Shown: piece by piece, positions 49,434-59,519 of the stretch
Numbering within the stretch: position 1 is the stretch's first letter
How the letters are laid out: each line of letters opens with the position of its first letter
Source: Bdellovibrionales bacterium
Lineage (GTDB): Bacteria > Bdellovibrionota > Bdellovibrionia > Bdellovibrionales > JAUICD01
Length of the DNA: 64,000 bases
Reading direction: 5' to 3'
Assembly: GCA_965203275.1 (NCBI GenBank)
Contig: OZ241865.1
Span: 2,503,811 to 2,567,810 of the forward strand
Translations under genes and position numbers: made by a program
Notes under the pieces: model-generated
Told to the model about the DNA's origin: nothing
Seen by the model: the letters and a program-made list of their open reading frames with translations, nothing else
Databases searched by the model: none

Positions 49434-50633
49434 CTAGAAATCAACACGGACTCCTCCTGAGATAATAAAACCAGAAAAATCAAGATCAGTTAATCCAATA
49501 TATTGTCTAGCTTCTGCTACAAGATACAATGCATTGATTCCAAATTCTCTATCAATAGTTGCCAGTCCATTTTTAGATAAGCTGTTGACTAAAAACTGCA
49601 CACCTCCTCCAACATAAAAAGCAGGTGTTCCTGCAAAAGCCACTCTTTGAAAATCACTTCGAAACTCCATCAACCCAAAATAACTACCTCCTCCTACAGC
49701 AAAAGGCACAAGAAATTGCCTTTGCCAATACCTCAAACGATAAATCAATCCCAAGCTGACAGGTAAAATCAACAAGGTATATCTTTCTTTAGGTTTTCTG
49801 TTCCTTAAATTGACATCTTCAAAACGTCCATTGCCTGTAGCCCATGAAAAACCTATCTCAGGATAAAGAGCCACATCTCCTATCTTTTTTAAAATCCTCC
49901 ACTCATAGTTTAAAAACAACATCATATTAGCATTTTCACCATACACATCTTGATAGGTTATATCTCCTGCACTAATAGATGGAGCAGGGAAAAACCCTGT
50001 ATTAAAACTTAAGGCACCTACAGAGGGCGAAGGTTCTACCTTATACTGATGCACACCTGTTTGACTGATATGTACCAATTCATCAAAATATTCATCTTCC
50101 TGAAGCCTTTCTAAACGCTCTTGCTTACTCTCTTCAAAAGGCAATTGAATAAAAGATACAGAAAAGCCTGCTTCTTCTGCATTTGCAGCTGATTGCAATA
50201 AAACATTTTGATCTTCTGTATTGAGTTCATTATCAATCAAAGATTCCACTTGCAAATCATTCATCTCTTCTTCAATTTCTCCTTCTATCTCTTCATCCCC
50301 TTCCACAAATAAATCTCCATCTATATCTTCATTTTCTAATGTTATTCCATCTTCTAAAAACTGAGATGGGGTGCGAGATTTTTGTAAATCTTTTTGTTCT
50401 AAAGTCAATGGGCCTTCTTCTATACTCTCATCTTCTCTATCTATTTCTTCAATCATCACTGTTTGCTCTAGGGTGGGGTCTTCATTTTTGTCAACGTTGT
50501 TGTTAGTGACAGCAGATTTTGAGGGGATAGTAGCCTCTTGATCGAGTTGAGCTAAAAGCTTTGTTGAAAAGCAAATACAACAAATCCCTAAAGTTATTGA
50601 AAGTTTTTGTTTGAAAATATAATAAAAAAGCAT
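49434..50633 (-). CDS. Outer-membrane beta-barrel protein with acidic N-terminal region (MXAN_2562-like)
   Basis: Signal peptide, amphipathic strands, C-terminal GVRVDF; follows a CFI-box-CTERM-like gene. Confidence 0.65.
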   Translation of the reverse strand: MLFYYIFKQKLSITLGICCICFSTKLLAQLDQEATIPSKSAVTNNNVDKNEDPTLEQTVMIEEIDREDESIEEGPLTLEQKDLQKSRTPSQFLEDGITLENEDIDGDLFVEGDEEIEGEIEEEMNDLQVESLIDNELNTEDQNVLLQSAANAEEAGFSVSFIQLPFEESKQERLERLQEDEYFDELVHISQTGVHQYKVEPSPSVGALSFNTGFFPAPSISAGDITYQDVYGENANMMLFLNYEWRILKKIGDVALYPEIGFSWATGNGRFEDVNLRNRKPKERYTLLILPVSLGLIYRLRYWQRQFLVPFAVGGGSYFGLMEFRSDFQRVAFAGTPAFYVGGGVQFLVNSLSKNGLATIDREFGINALYLVAEARQYIGLTDLDFSGFIISGGVRVDF

Positions 50634-50649
50634 TTTTATTTAACAGTCC

Positions 50650-52041
50650 TCATATAAAAAAATTATATCTGATAAATTTTCTTTTTATTAAATATTTTAT
50701 AAAACAATAAAACAAACCCATCACACTCATCAGCAAAAACAAAGTCAAAATATGCCCTATTTCAAGAGCAAGCGAAGCATAAATAAATAAAGGGAAAAAG
50801 CATACACGAGCTAGAGGTTTTAGAAAACTATAATTTTCAAGTGGACCAGCAAGTAAAGGGCTGTAATTGTAATAAATGTTATGAATAAACCTGCCGAATG
50901 GATAAGGCAAAAGTTTTTCATCCCGGAAACGATAAAATGTTTGCAGTATTTGAAAAGATGGACGATCTGTTAAATGCTGAGAGTTTGCATAAGAATAAGA
51001 AGAAGAAAGAGGACAATCAAATTCTCGACTGCGATCACTTAAAAGCCCTACAACACGAGAGGGTGTTATAACATGATTTTCTGGATGACAGACAGATGGA
51101 CTACTAAAGAATCCTACATTACCTGCTAGGTCAGTAAGAGCAGAGATAAAAACATAAGAAGTGCTATTAGCAAATGCACTGTTGTAATTATCAGAATGTG
51201 TAAAAGCTTGTGTACTCAGTTCGACTCCGTCACTTCCTTGAACATCTTCTATAGTGGTACTTACATAATCTGATTGATTGTTAATAGCCACAGCACGGCT
51301 ACAATCACCTTCTACATAATAAAAACGTATATCTTTAAATTGTGTGTCATCAAAAGCAGGAAAGCCGTCTGGGAAAATCAAGGGATGTTCTTCATCACCA
51401 TCTTCCCCGCTCAGTTCATCTTCTTCTTCATCAAAAAGTAAAAGCCAAATTTTTTCATCTCCAGGCCACATTTTAAACTGTACAATGCCACCTTGAGGAT
51501 CAGGAGACATGCCTCGTATATGTATATTGATGGGTACAGAATCATCTTGAGTATCAGCAAGGCTACCATTGCCACTTGCTCCTTCACTAGCACCATCTAT
51601 TCCTAAATGCAAAGTCATACGATTATTGGAGCTACAGCTACTATCACCATTAGTTCCTTGAGAACAAATATCAGACCAACGAATGCTGAGAGATACATTA
51701 TTGTTGGCACTTACAGGTGTAAAAGTATCTCTACTTACAGGTGTTTGCTTGTTAGAGTCTGTTAGTAGAGGAACGCCTGATGCTGTTGTAGAACTAAAAG
51801 TAATAGTTAAATACCCTTGACCTGAAATACGCCTCTCATTACAAGGTTGCAAGCCACCATTGCAGTTATTGCATGTTCCACCTCCACTGGAACAGGGCGG
51901 ACCCGCGACCCCTCCCCAAATTTCAGTAGTCTCTTGTAGGCCGAATTCACTAAAAGAAGCACCGCTAATGTTATTGATCACAATTTCTGCTAAAGCCCAC
52001 TGAGAAACAAACATAATGAAGGAAAAAATAAATAAAGGCAT
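50650..52041 (-). CDS. Secreted Cys-rich protein with degenerate CFI-box-CTERM-like anchor
   Basis: C-terminal C....FRD..L....GR.....YY.YSP.LA followed by TM helices and basic tail. Confidence 0.7.
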   Translation of the reverse strand: MPLFIFSFIMFVSQWALAEIVINNISGASFSEFGLQETTEIWGGVAGPPCSSGGGTCNNCNGGLQPCNERRISGQGYLTITFSSTTASGVPLLTDSNKQTPVSRDTFTPVSANNNVSLSIRWSDICSQGTNGDSSCSSNNRMTLHLGIDGASEGASGNGSLADTQDDSVPINIHIRGMSPDPQGGIVQFKMWPGDEKIWLLLFDEEEDELSGEDGDEEHPLIFPDGFPAFDDTQFKDIRFYYVEGDCSRAVAINNQSDYVSTTIEDVQGSDGVELSTQAFTHSDNYNSAFANSTSYVFISALTDLAGNVGFFSSPSVCHPENHVITPSRVVGLLSDRSREFDCPLSSSYSYANSQHLTDRPSFQILQTFYRFRDEKLLPYPFGRFIHNIYYNYSPLLAGPLENYSFLKPLARVCFFPLFIYASLALEIGHILTLFLLMSVMGLFYCFIKYLIKRKFIRYNFFI

Positions 52042-52114
52042 AATCTTATTTCAACATCAATATTGATCTAAGTCAAAAGCCACTGCTAGAAGGCATTAAT
52101 ACAGACTTTGGTCT

Positions 52115-52672
52115 CTGGCATCCGGGATCCGGGAACCCGGTGTAAAATGGAAATCTTGTTTCCTTAACATGGTGTTAAGAAAAGAGGAGATCCTCCCCTA
52201 CTAAAAGTAAACGGACTTTTGAGGTAGCCAGCCTTTGATCGACGGCGGTAGCCGTCGGGCTAACTGCCATTAGAAGGATATTTTCCTTAACATGTGGTCA
52301 AGAGACGAGAGGATCCTCCCCTACTAAAAGTAAACGGACTTTTGAGACAATGACCATTTTGCCAACGTGAAGTAAACATCTTGTTTCCTTAACATCGTGT
52401 AAAGAGACAAGAGGATTCTTCCTACTAAAAATAAACGGATTTTTGAGGCAATCAGCCTTTGATCGACGGCGATAGCCGTCGGGCTGATTGCCCAAAAACA
52501 GCCAGAGGCTGGTTTATTTTTAGTGAAAAAAAAAACGAATGCCTTATTTCCTCAACATGGTATAAAGAAATGAAGGGATACTTTTTTCCGGGATCTGGGA
52601 TCCGGGGTCTGGGAACCGGGAACCCGGTAGTCAGGCATCAGATCCCGGGATGCCTGATTGCCTGATCCCGGG
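52115..52672. repeat. Structured repeat cluster 11 flanked by heptamers
   Basis: Three co-oriented full or partial units. Confidence 0.95.
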
Positions 52673-52710
52673 AATGGATATGATGTTAAAAAATAAAAGG
52701 ATCATTATAA

Positions 52711-54252
52711 ATGTTTAGAACAAAAGATTACAGAGTGCAATTGGCAAACCGCAAGGAGATCCGTCAGATTGAGTATCAAATGCAGGATCAATGTCCAAAC
52801 GTCCACTTAATGAGCAATGCTGCTAAAAAAGCTACTGCATTTATAGAAAAACATATTATGCCATACATGCCTATCGACTCTATCTTATTTTTAATAGGGC
52901 CTGGGAATAATGGAGGGGACGGCATTTATGTAGCCAGCTATTTAGCTGAAAAGGGGTTTTCTAATTTAAAGCTTTGTATCTTTGGTGAAGATCATAACTC
53001 TCTTTTAAAAAGAAAACTATCTCAAGTACCTGCTTATCAAATAGAAATCTTTACTTTTGAAAACTCTCAAGATTTTTGGCAGAACTTTCAAAGTGTGAGT
53101 CTAGTGGTAGATGGTTTATTTGGTGTAGGATTGAGCCGTAATATTGAAGGTGATTATGCCCATGCTATTCATAAGGTGAATCAATCTCTTTTACCAGTGT
53201 TAAGCTTAGATGCTCCCTCGGGGTTAAATTGTAATACAGGTCGTGTATTAGGTGTAGCTATAGAAGCTCAATGGACAGTGACGTTTGGACTTGCCAAACC
53301 TGGTTTTTATATATGGGATGGCCCTCGCACAACAGGAGAATTGCATTGTTTAGATATTGGTTTTTTAGATAGTATTGTCAAATCAATTGCTTCAAGCATG
53401 TTGCTCTTTGATCAATCTTCTGCAGCTTGTTTTTTACCTAAGAGAAGTGATACAAATCATAAAGCTAAAAATGGCAGAGTTTGTGTTGTGGCAGGTCAAA
53501 AGGGAATGTGGGGAGCAGGTATTTTAGCTTGTTCTGGTGCCTTTCGTGTAGGTGCTGGTTACACGACTTTAGCTAACAGAGAAGACCCTTCCTTAGCAAC
53601 TGGTAAATTGCCAGAGATGCTCACCCGGCAATTTTCATCCGTCACAGAACTATTGGATCCCTTATCAGCTATTGCGATAGGCCCTGGTTTAGGGGTAGGA
53701 GAACAAACAAAAGATATCATCTTAGAGCTATTGAAACTTAAGGTTCAAAATGTTGTAGTAGATGCAGATGCCTTGACCACTTTATCTCAGATGAGAGGTC
53801 AAAAGCTAGACTCTACATGGCTTTTAACACCCCATTCAGGTGAAATGGCTCGGTTATTAGATAACACTGTTGCAGAGGTTGACAGGGATCGCATTCAAGC
53901 TGTTAAAGAATGTTCTGCTTTATATGGATGCCATGTCATGTTGAAAGGGTATAAAACCCTTGTAGGCTACCATGATCAAAGAGGATTTAAATTAGATGTG
54001 ATCAATTCTGGCAATGCCTCTTTGGCTACTGCGGGTACAGGAGATGTGCTATGTGGTATGATTGCAGGTTTTGTGGCTCAAGGTTTAGATATTCAAAACA
54101 GTGGAGCTTTAGGGAGTTTTTTGCATGGGACAACAGCAGATGTGTGGGTGAAAAAGGGGAAAGCAAAACATTCTATGATGGCTTCTGATGTATTAAATTT
54201 AATACCAGAAGCTTTTTCACTTTTAAAAGACGATAAAAACAACTTTGTTTAA
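52711..54252 (+). CDS. nnr: Bifunctional NAD(P)H-hydrate epimerase/dehydratase (YjeF)
   Basis: GPGNNGGDG, D.PSG, IGPGLG, LTPH.GEM and AGTGDVL motifs. Confidence 0.95.
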   Translation: MFRTKDYRVQLANRKEIRQIEYQMQDQCPNVHLMSNAAKKATAFIEKHIMPYMPIDSILFLIGPGNNGGDGIYVASYLAEKGFSNLKLCIFGEDHNSLLKRKLSQVPAYQIEIFTFENSQDFWQNFQSVSLVVDGLFGVGLSRNIEGDYAHAIHKVNQSLLPVLSLDAPSGLNCNTGRVLGVAIEAQWTVTFGLAKPGFYIWDGPRTTGELHCLDIGFLDSIVKSIASSMLLFDQSSAACFLPKRSDTNHKAKNGRVCVVAGQKGMWGAGILACSGAFRVGAGYTTLANREDPSLATGKLPEMLTRQFSSVTELLDPLSAIAIGPGLGVGEQTKDIILELLKLKVQNVVVDADALTTLSQMRGQKLDSTWLLTPHSGEMARLLDNTVAEVDRDRIQAVKECSALYGCHVMLKGYKTLVGYHDQRGFKLDVINSGNASLATAGTGDVLCGMIAGFVAQGLDIQNSGALGSFLHGTTADVWVKKGKAKHSMMASDVLNLIPEAFSLLKDDKNNFV

Positions 54253-54299
54253 ATGATATAAAAACTTCCATTGCTCCCTTAAAAATACAAAGGTTCCCA

Positions 54300-54803
54300 T
54301 TGAATAATCAACAGACTTTTCAAGTGCAAACTTTAAAGCAACTTCAAAGCTTTGCTGTAGATTTAATAGATCATACACAGTTACCTACAGTTATTTTGAT
54401 GTCTGGCCATATAGGTTGTGGGAAAACGCAGCTCACAAAATTCATTGTATCTGCATTAAAGGCAAAGTATGCACCTGATGACAAGCAGGATATTCAAGTC
54501 ACTTCTCCCACATTCACTCTACGTAATACTTATCAGATAGGAAGTATATCAGTTGAGCATTTTGATTTATTTCGGCTAAAGAATAAAACAGATTTAGAAA
54601 GCACGGGGTTATGGGAAGTATTTGAGCAGAAGCAAGTGCTACTCATTGTGGAGTGGGCTGATCTATTAAAAGATGATCATGTTGTACCTCTCCATTTGCA
54701 GAAGCTATGGCAAGTGATTGATATTGCATTTTTTCATCAGCAAAATCATCAAATGAGTCAGAAGGATGTGGTGTTGCGTTGTATCCAACTGCATCTAAAG
54801 TGA
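54300..54803 (+). CDS. tsaE: t6A biosynthesis ATPase TsaE
   Basis: G.IG.GKT, VTSPTF, HFDLFRL and VEWAD motifs; follows nnr as usual. Confidence 0.93.
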   Translation: MNNQQTFQVQTLKQLQSFAVDLIDHTQLPTVILMSGHIGCGKTQLTKFIVSALKAKYAPDDKQDIQVTSPTFTLRNTYQIGSISVEHFDLFRLKNKTDLESTGLWEVFEQKQVLLIVEWADLLKDDHVVPLHLQKLWQVIDIAFFHQQNHQMSQKDVVLRCIQLHLK

Positions 54804-54854
54804 TCTTTAGAAGCTTTATGTGGGCAAGTAGCAAGAGTAGCAACATCAAAAATG

Positions 54855-55772
54855 TCAGTTAATTCTAATTTGAGGGTTGACAACGGCATACACTATATCT
54901 GTTAAAAAATTAACAAGCACATAACTTAAGGCAATAAACAAAATGCATCCTTGTACAAGAGGGTAATTGCGTTGTTGGATGCTGTCATAAAAGAGTGTGC
55001 CGATCCCTGGCCAATCAAATATAATTTCTGTGATCACAGCTCCTGTGATCAAAGCTCCAAATTGCAGTCCAATCAAGGTGATGACAGGTATGAGGGCATT
55101 TCTCAGGGCGTGTTTAAAATAAACTATAAAGGAAGACAAACCTTTAGCCCTTGCTGTACGTATATAATCATTTTGAATGACTTCTAACAATGAGGCTCTT
55201 GTCATTCGCATAAGAATAGCTACAAAAGCCACACCTAAGCTTAGGGATGGTAATATGAGATGTTCAATACCACCCCTTTCACTGACAGGTAGCCAGTCTA
55301 ATTGAACAGAAAATAATAAAATCAACATAGGCCCTAGCCAGAAGTGGGGCATAGACATACCTAAGAGACCTATAATTAAAACACTATGGTCCATCAGGGA
55401 ATATTGACGAATAGCAGCTAGGACACCTAAAGGGATACCGATCAGAATAGCCCAGAACATCGTTGCAAACGTCAGTTCAAAGGTCGCAGGTAGCCTTTCT
55501 AAAATCTCTTCCATAACAGGTCTTTTAGAGTGCAGAGAATTTCCTAAATCCAAATGCATCAGATGATTAAGAAAGCTCCAATATTGATCTAAAAGCGGTT
55601 GGTCAAGGCCTAGCTCCTTTTCAAGGGCTTGTTTGTCTATCACAGAGGCTTGATCTCCTAGCATCATATCTACAGGATTGCCAGGAATTAAATGGATCAA
55701 AAGAAAGGTAAAGGTCACCACTCCTAAGACCACAGGTATTGTGATTAAAAACCTTTGTAGAAGATACATCAT
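54855..55772 (-). CDS. Peptide/nickel ABC transporter permease (OppB/DppB family)
   Basis: DYIRTARAKGL, HALRNALIP and E.IF.WPGIG motifs. Confidence 0.93.
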   Translation of the reverse strand: MMYLLQRFLITIPVVLGVVTFTFLLIHLIPGNPVDMMLGDQASVIDKQALEKELGLDQPLLDQYWSFLNHLMHLDLGNSLHSKRPVMEEILERLPATFELTFATMFWAILIGIPLGVLAAIRQYSLMDHSVLIIGLLGMSMPHFWLGPMLILLFSVQLDWLPVSERGGIEHLILPSLSLGVAFVAILMRMTRASLLEVIQNDYIRTARAKGLSSFIVYFKHALRNALIPVITLIGLQFGALITGAVITEIIFDWPGIGTLFYDSIQQRNYPLVQGCILFIALSYVLVNFLTDIVYAVVNPQIRIN

Positions 55773-55936
55773 CTGTATTGTTTTATCCTTTTTTAGTTTT
55801 GTATATCTTTATTAACTTGTGTCAGCTTTTTCATTCTGATCATTGGTTATTATGACTTTTCTCTTGTTTTTGGTTTTTGCAAATACCTTTGATGCAAATA
55901 GTCATATCAGTAGTGGTAGCAGGTAGGGGAAATCAT

Positions 55937-55962
55937 TAAGTTCAAGACAGAAAAAGCCGATA
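55937..55962 (+). promoter_or_regulatory. Putative sigma-28 (FliA) promoter
   Basis: TAAG-N15-GCCGATA ending 41 nt upstream of the Tad-domain gene. Confidence 0.7.
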
Positions 55963-56003
55963 TATTATAAGAAAAGCATATACAAATATAAGGGATAGGA
56001 GCA

Positions 56004-58199
56004 ATGCAAAAAGTTCATTTTATTTGGAGATATTTAAAGTATAGAGGTCAGATATCTATTTTGATGGCTTTGATTTTTCCTGTTTTATTTGTGTTTTTTG
56101 CTATGACCATTAATATTGGTCTTTTGGTACATGATAAAATTAATTTACAAAATTCAGTGGATTTAGCAGTTTATTATGGGGCAACAAAGCAGGCAGAAAT
56201 TCTCAATGCCATCGCTCATATTAATTATCAGTTGAGACAAAACTGGAAGTTGCTGGCATTTCGATTGAGAGGATTTGGTGATTTGTGGTCTGGGAAGAAA
56301 GATAGCCTCGAGGGACATCCTTGGAAAATTGATTCTCAGGATTGGGATGAAAGATATTGGAAAGGAAATAATAATAAGGGACAACCCTTACCAGCCACTG
56401 TTTGCACTCAAGCAGGTAAAAATTGGTCGACAATTCATTTTGGTGGTCCTATTCCTACTAGTCGTAGAAGTGATATATGTAAAAATTCATATGAGGTTAC
56501 TCCAGCTATACCTATAGTTGAAGCTGTCCAAGGTGGTCTAGTTTATAACCTTAGTATAGAGTTGGAAGACGCCACACGAAGAGCAAGAGGCCTACAAGTG
56601 GACCGCTGTGAGAATCATGGACCAAGCAATTGGTTGACAGCAGCTCTTTGGGTCTTTGCCTACAGGTACAATTTAATAATTAGAAAAATGGCTATTGGAC
56701 AATTAGCAAAGCTTTTACAAGAGGGGAAAGACTTAAGTGGAAAAAAGATAGAAGATGGTGTAAAAAAAACTTTTGAAAATAACCTGACACGTTCTAATCG
56801 AGATGCTTTCAGAGGCGGTGTTGTCCTGGATTATTATAATTCTATGGATGGACCTACCCAAGATGATTGGCTTGTAGAAAGGCCTCTTTTTCCTACTATT
56901 TACTATACAGATTCCCAATTTCCTGATCCGAATCGTGGTGGATGCGGTTATACTATTAAAGGATTAGATGTTCCTCCCCATCATATAACAGACAATCTAA
57001 TTTATACAGATATGGAAGACATCATAAAGAATGTATTAAAACCAATGCTTTCTGAACCGCAAGATCCAAAAAATAAAACTAGGATAGGAGGTATGGATAT
57101 TTCTAGGGCAAGTATAGTTAGTTATGAAAAAAATCCTTGGTACATGGTTTACTCTGGGCTGAGTGTAGAGCTTCAGTCAGGTAACGAAATCTTTAGTCCT
57201 TTTTCCGGTTCACCACCTACTCTTAAAGCAAAGGCTTTTGCTAAACCCTTTGGTGGGAGGATAGGACCCTGGATGTTCCCGACTTGGGAAGCAGGCGAGC
57301 CTGTATCTCGATACAATGATAACGCAGCAATTGACCAGACGCTTCAGCCTATTATAGTGATGGACTCTGGAGAAAGTAAGAACAGTATGACAAATGATGT
57401 GGATCCTTTTGCTGTACCTAATTATTCAAGGTATCCTGGTGACACTTTAGGATTAGCCTCTCAAAAAGCACTGGGTGTTTATCGTCCTTTAGTGGACATA
57501 GATACGGCACAGGGTGCAGGTTTAAGTTATAATTACTTTTTTGAGGGTGTGAATAAGCTAGGTAAGTTAGTGGATCCTGACTATCCATACGATCCTCTTG
57601 CATGGCCATGGGAGGATCCTCCAAATCCTGATACAGAAGCTCCAAAACCTCGCATTTTTGAAATTCTTGCTGTAGCCCCTGACCTTTTTGATATCACTTA
57701 TTACTCTATTGATCCACAGTTTCATAAGAACCACAGGAAATCAATAGAGATGAACCCTGACATAAAGCATGTTAAGAGGGCTATTGATTTAGGAGACCGA
57801 CCAGGAAATAACAATTATGAAGGTTTTAATGTATTTGATCAATGGGCATGGATGCACAATCCAAGCCATGACGATTTAGAAAGATTACCACCCTGGCACA
57901 CTGCAATAGGTAGTTATGGAGAATGGTTTGTAAAAGAATGGCAACATCTTTTAACAGGTTGGGTTCCAAAATCAAATCTTGATTCTGCATTTGGCAAATG
58001 TGAGCCTAAAGGTGATTTAATAAAAAAACTAAAAAAACAACAACAAGACGGCAAAGCATCTATCCCTGGATCTTGTGGCATTGGTGGCAGGATGGGATAT
58101 TCTGTTAAGCTCGTTTCAGAAAGATATTTAAAAAGAACTGATTTAAAGCTAGGCGGTGATGGGACAGCAGGAGGGGAAATTGCCAACGGACCACCTTAG
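56004..58199 (+). CDS. Tad/TadG-like pilus assembly domain protein
   Basis: RGQISILMAL...INIGLLVHDKINLQNSVDLAVYYGA N-terminal Tad motif. Confidence 0.8.
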   Translation: MQKVHFIWRYLKYRGQISILMALIFPVLFVFFAMTINIGLLVHDKINLQNSVDLAVYYGATKQAEILNAIAHINYQLRQNWKLLAFRLRGFGDLWSGKKDSLEGHPWKIDSQDWDERYWKGNNNKGQPLPATVCTQAGKNWSTIHFGGPIPTSRRSDICKNSYEVTPAIPIVEAVQGGLVYNLSIELEDATRRARGLQVDRCENHGPSNWLTAALWVFAYRYNLIIRKMAIGQLAKLLQEGKDLSGKKIEDGVKKTFENNLTRSNRDAFRGGVVLDYYNSMDGPTQDDWLVERPLFPTIYYTDSQFPDPNRGGCGYTIKGLDVPPHHITDNLIYTDMEDIIKNVLKPMLSEPQDPKNKTRIGGMDISRASIVSYEKNPWYMVYSGLSVELQSGNEIFSPFSGSPPTLKAKAFAKPFGGRIGPWMFPTWEAGEPVSRYNDNAAIDQTLQPIIVMDSGESKNSMTNDVDPFAVPNYSRYPGDTLGLASQKALGVYRPLVDIDTAQGAGLSYNYFFEGVNKLGKLVDPDYPYDPLAWPWEDPPNPDTEAPKPRIFEILAVAPDLFDITYYSIDPQFHKNHRKSIEMNPDIKHVKRAIDLGDRPGNNNYEGFNVFDQWAWMHNPSHDDLERLPPWHTAIGSYGEWFVKEWQHLLTGWVPKSNLDSAFGKCEPKGDLIKKLKKQQQDGKASIPGSCGIGGRMGYSVKLVSERYLKRTDLKLGGDGTAGGEIANGPP

Positions 58200-58223
58200 T
58201 TTGTTTCTTTTGTTTCTCTAAAA

Positions 58224-59435
58224 TTGAACAGGCTTTTGAGGCAGTTAGCTTTTGATCGACGGCGACAGCTAAAAGGTGTAAGAAGGACTTTTTCCCTAAC
58301 ATGGTGTTCATTCCGGGATCTGGGATCCGGGATCCGGCAACCCGGCATCAGGCCCTAAAACTGAACTTTTTCCTTAACATGTAGTCAAAAAACGAAGAGA
58401 TCCTCCCCTACTCAAAATGAGCAGTTTTTTGTAGCATTGCTCTTTTAATATAATTTTGAAAGCATTTTGTTTCCTTAACATGATGTTAAAAGAGGAAAGG
58501 ATCCTCATACTAAAAGTGGTCAGGCTTTCTAGGTTGCCAGCATTTGAGAAGGCGGTAGCCTTCGGCTGGCAACCAGAAAGTGACCAGAGGTCAGACCACT
58601 TTTAGTGAAACAGCTAACTCCCTAACCCCACCCCCCGCCCTTCGATTCTGCCTTTCTATTTTGTTTTTACTTGAGGATAGGGCAGTGTGAGCCTTCCGAA
58701 GTCCTCAATTGAGCTTGTTCTTTAAGAGCAAGCTCAATTTGCGGAAGATCTTCAGGCTCCCACTGCCCCATCCTCTCCCTAATTACTTCTTTTTTGAGAA
58801 TTACGCAGAATCTAAAAAAATAAAAAAAACAAAAAAAACGAATGTCTTGTTTCCTTAACATTTCACTCAAAATAAATCATGCCTCTGGCATGTTTTTTGG
58901 CAGTTAGCCCGACGGCTTATCGCCGTCGATCAAAGGCTAACTGCCTAGAAAATTCATTTATTTTGAGTAGAGGAGGATCCTTTTATTCCTCTACACCATG
59001 TTAGGGAAACAAGATATGCCTCTAAAATGTTTTTGGAGAGCAAGCTCAATGCAATAAAGGAACTTTTTCCTTAACATGGAGTTAAAAAACGAGGAGATCC
59101 TCCTTACTAAAAGTGGTCAAGCTTTCTAGGCGATGACCATTTTATCGACGTGAAGTAAACATCTTGTTTCCTTAACATCGTGTAAAGAGACAAGAGGATT
59201 CTTCCTACTAAAAGTAAACGGACTTTTGAGGTAGCCAGCATTTGATCGACGGCGACAGCCGTCGTGGTCGAAAGGTGTAAGAAGGACCTTTTTCCTTAAC
59301 ATGGTGTTAAGAGACGAAGAGATCCTCCCCTACTCAAAATGAGCAGTTTTTTGCGGCATTGCTCTTTTTGGACAGCGATAGCTGTCAGAGCAATGCCCAA
59401 AAACACACCAGAGGTGTGGCTCATTTTGAGTGAAC
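58224..59435. repeat. Structured repeat cluster 12, including a long copy of the second repeat family (58618-58840)
   Basis: About seven full or partial units in both orientations. Confidence 0.95.
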
Positions 59436-59519
59436 CAAATGAAAAGAAAAAAACTTGATATGGTCTAAGAAGTCTTCTATAATCATGCCTTACAATATTT
59501 ATGTGAAGGAGAACCACTT

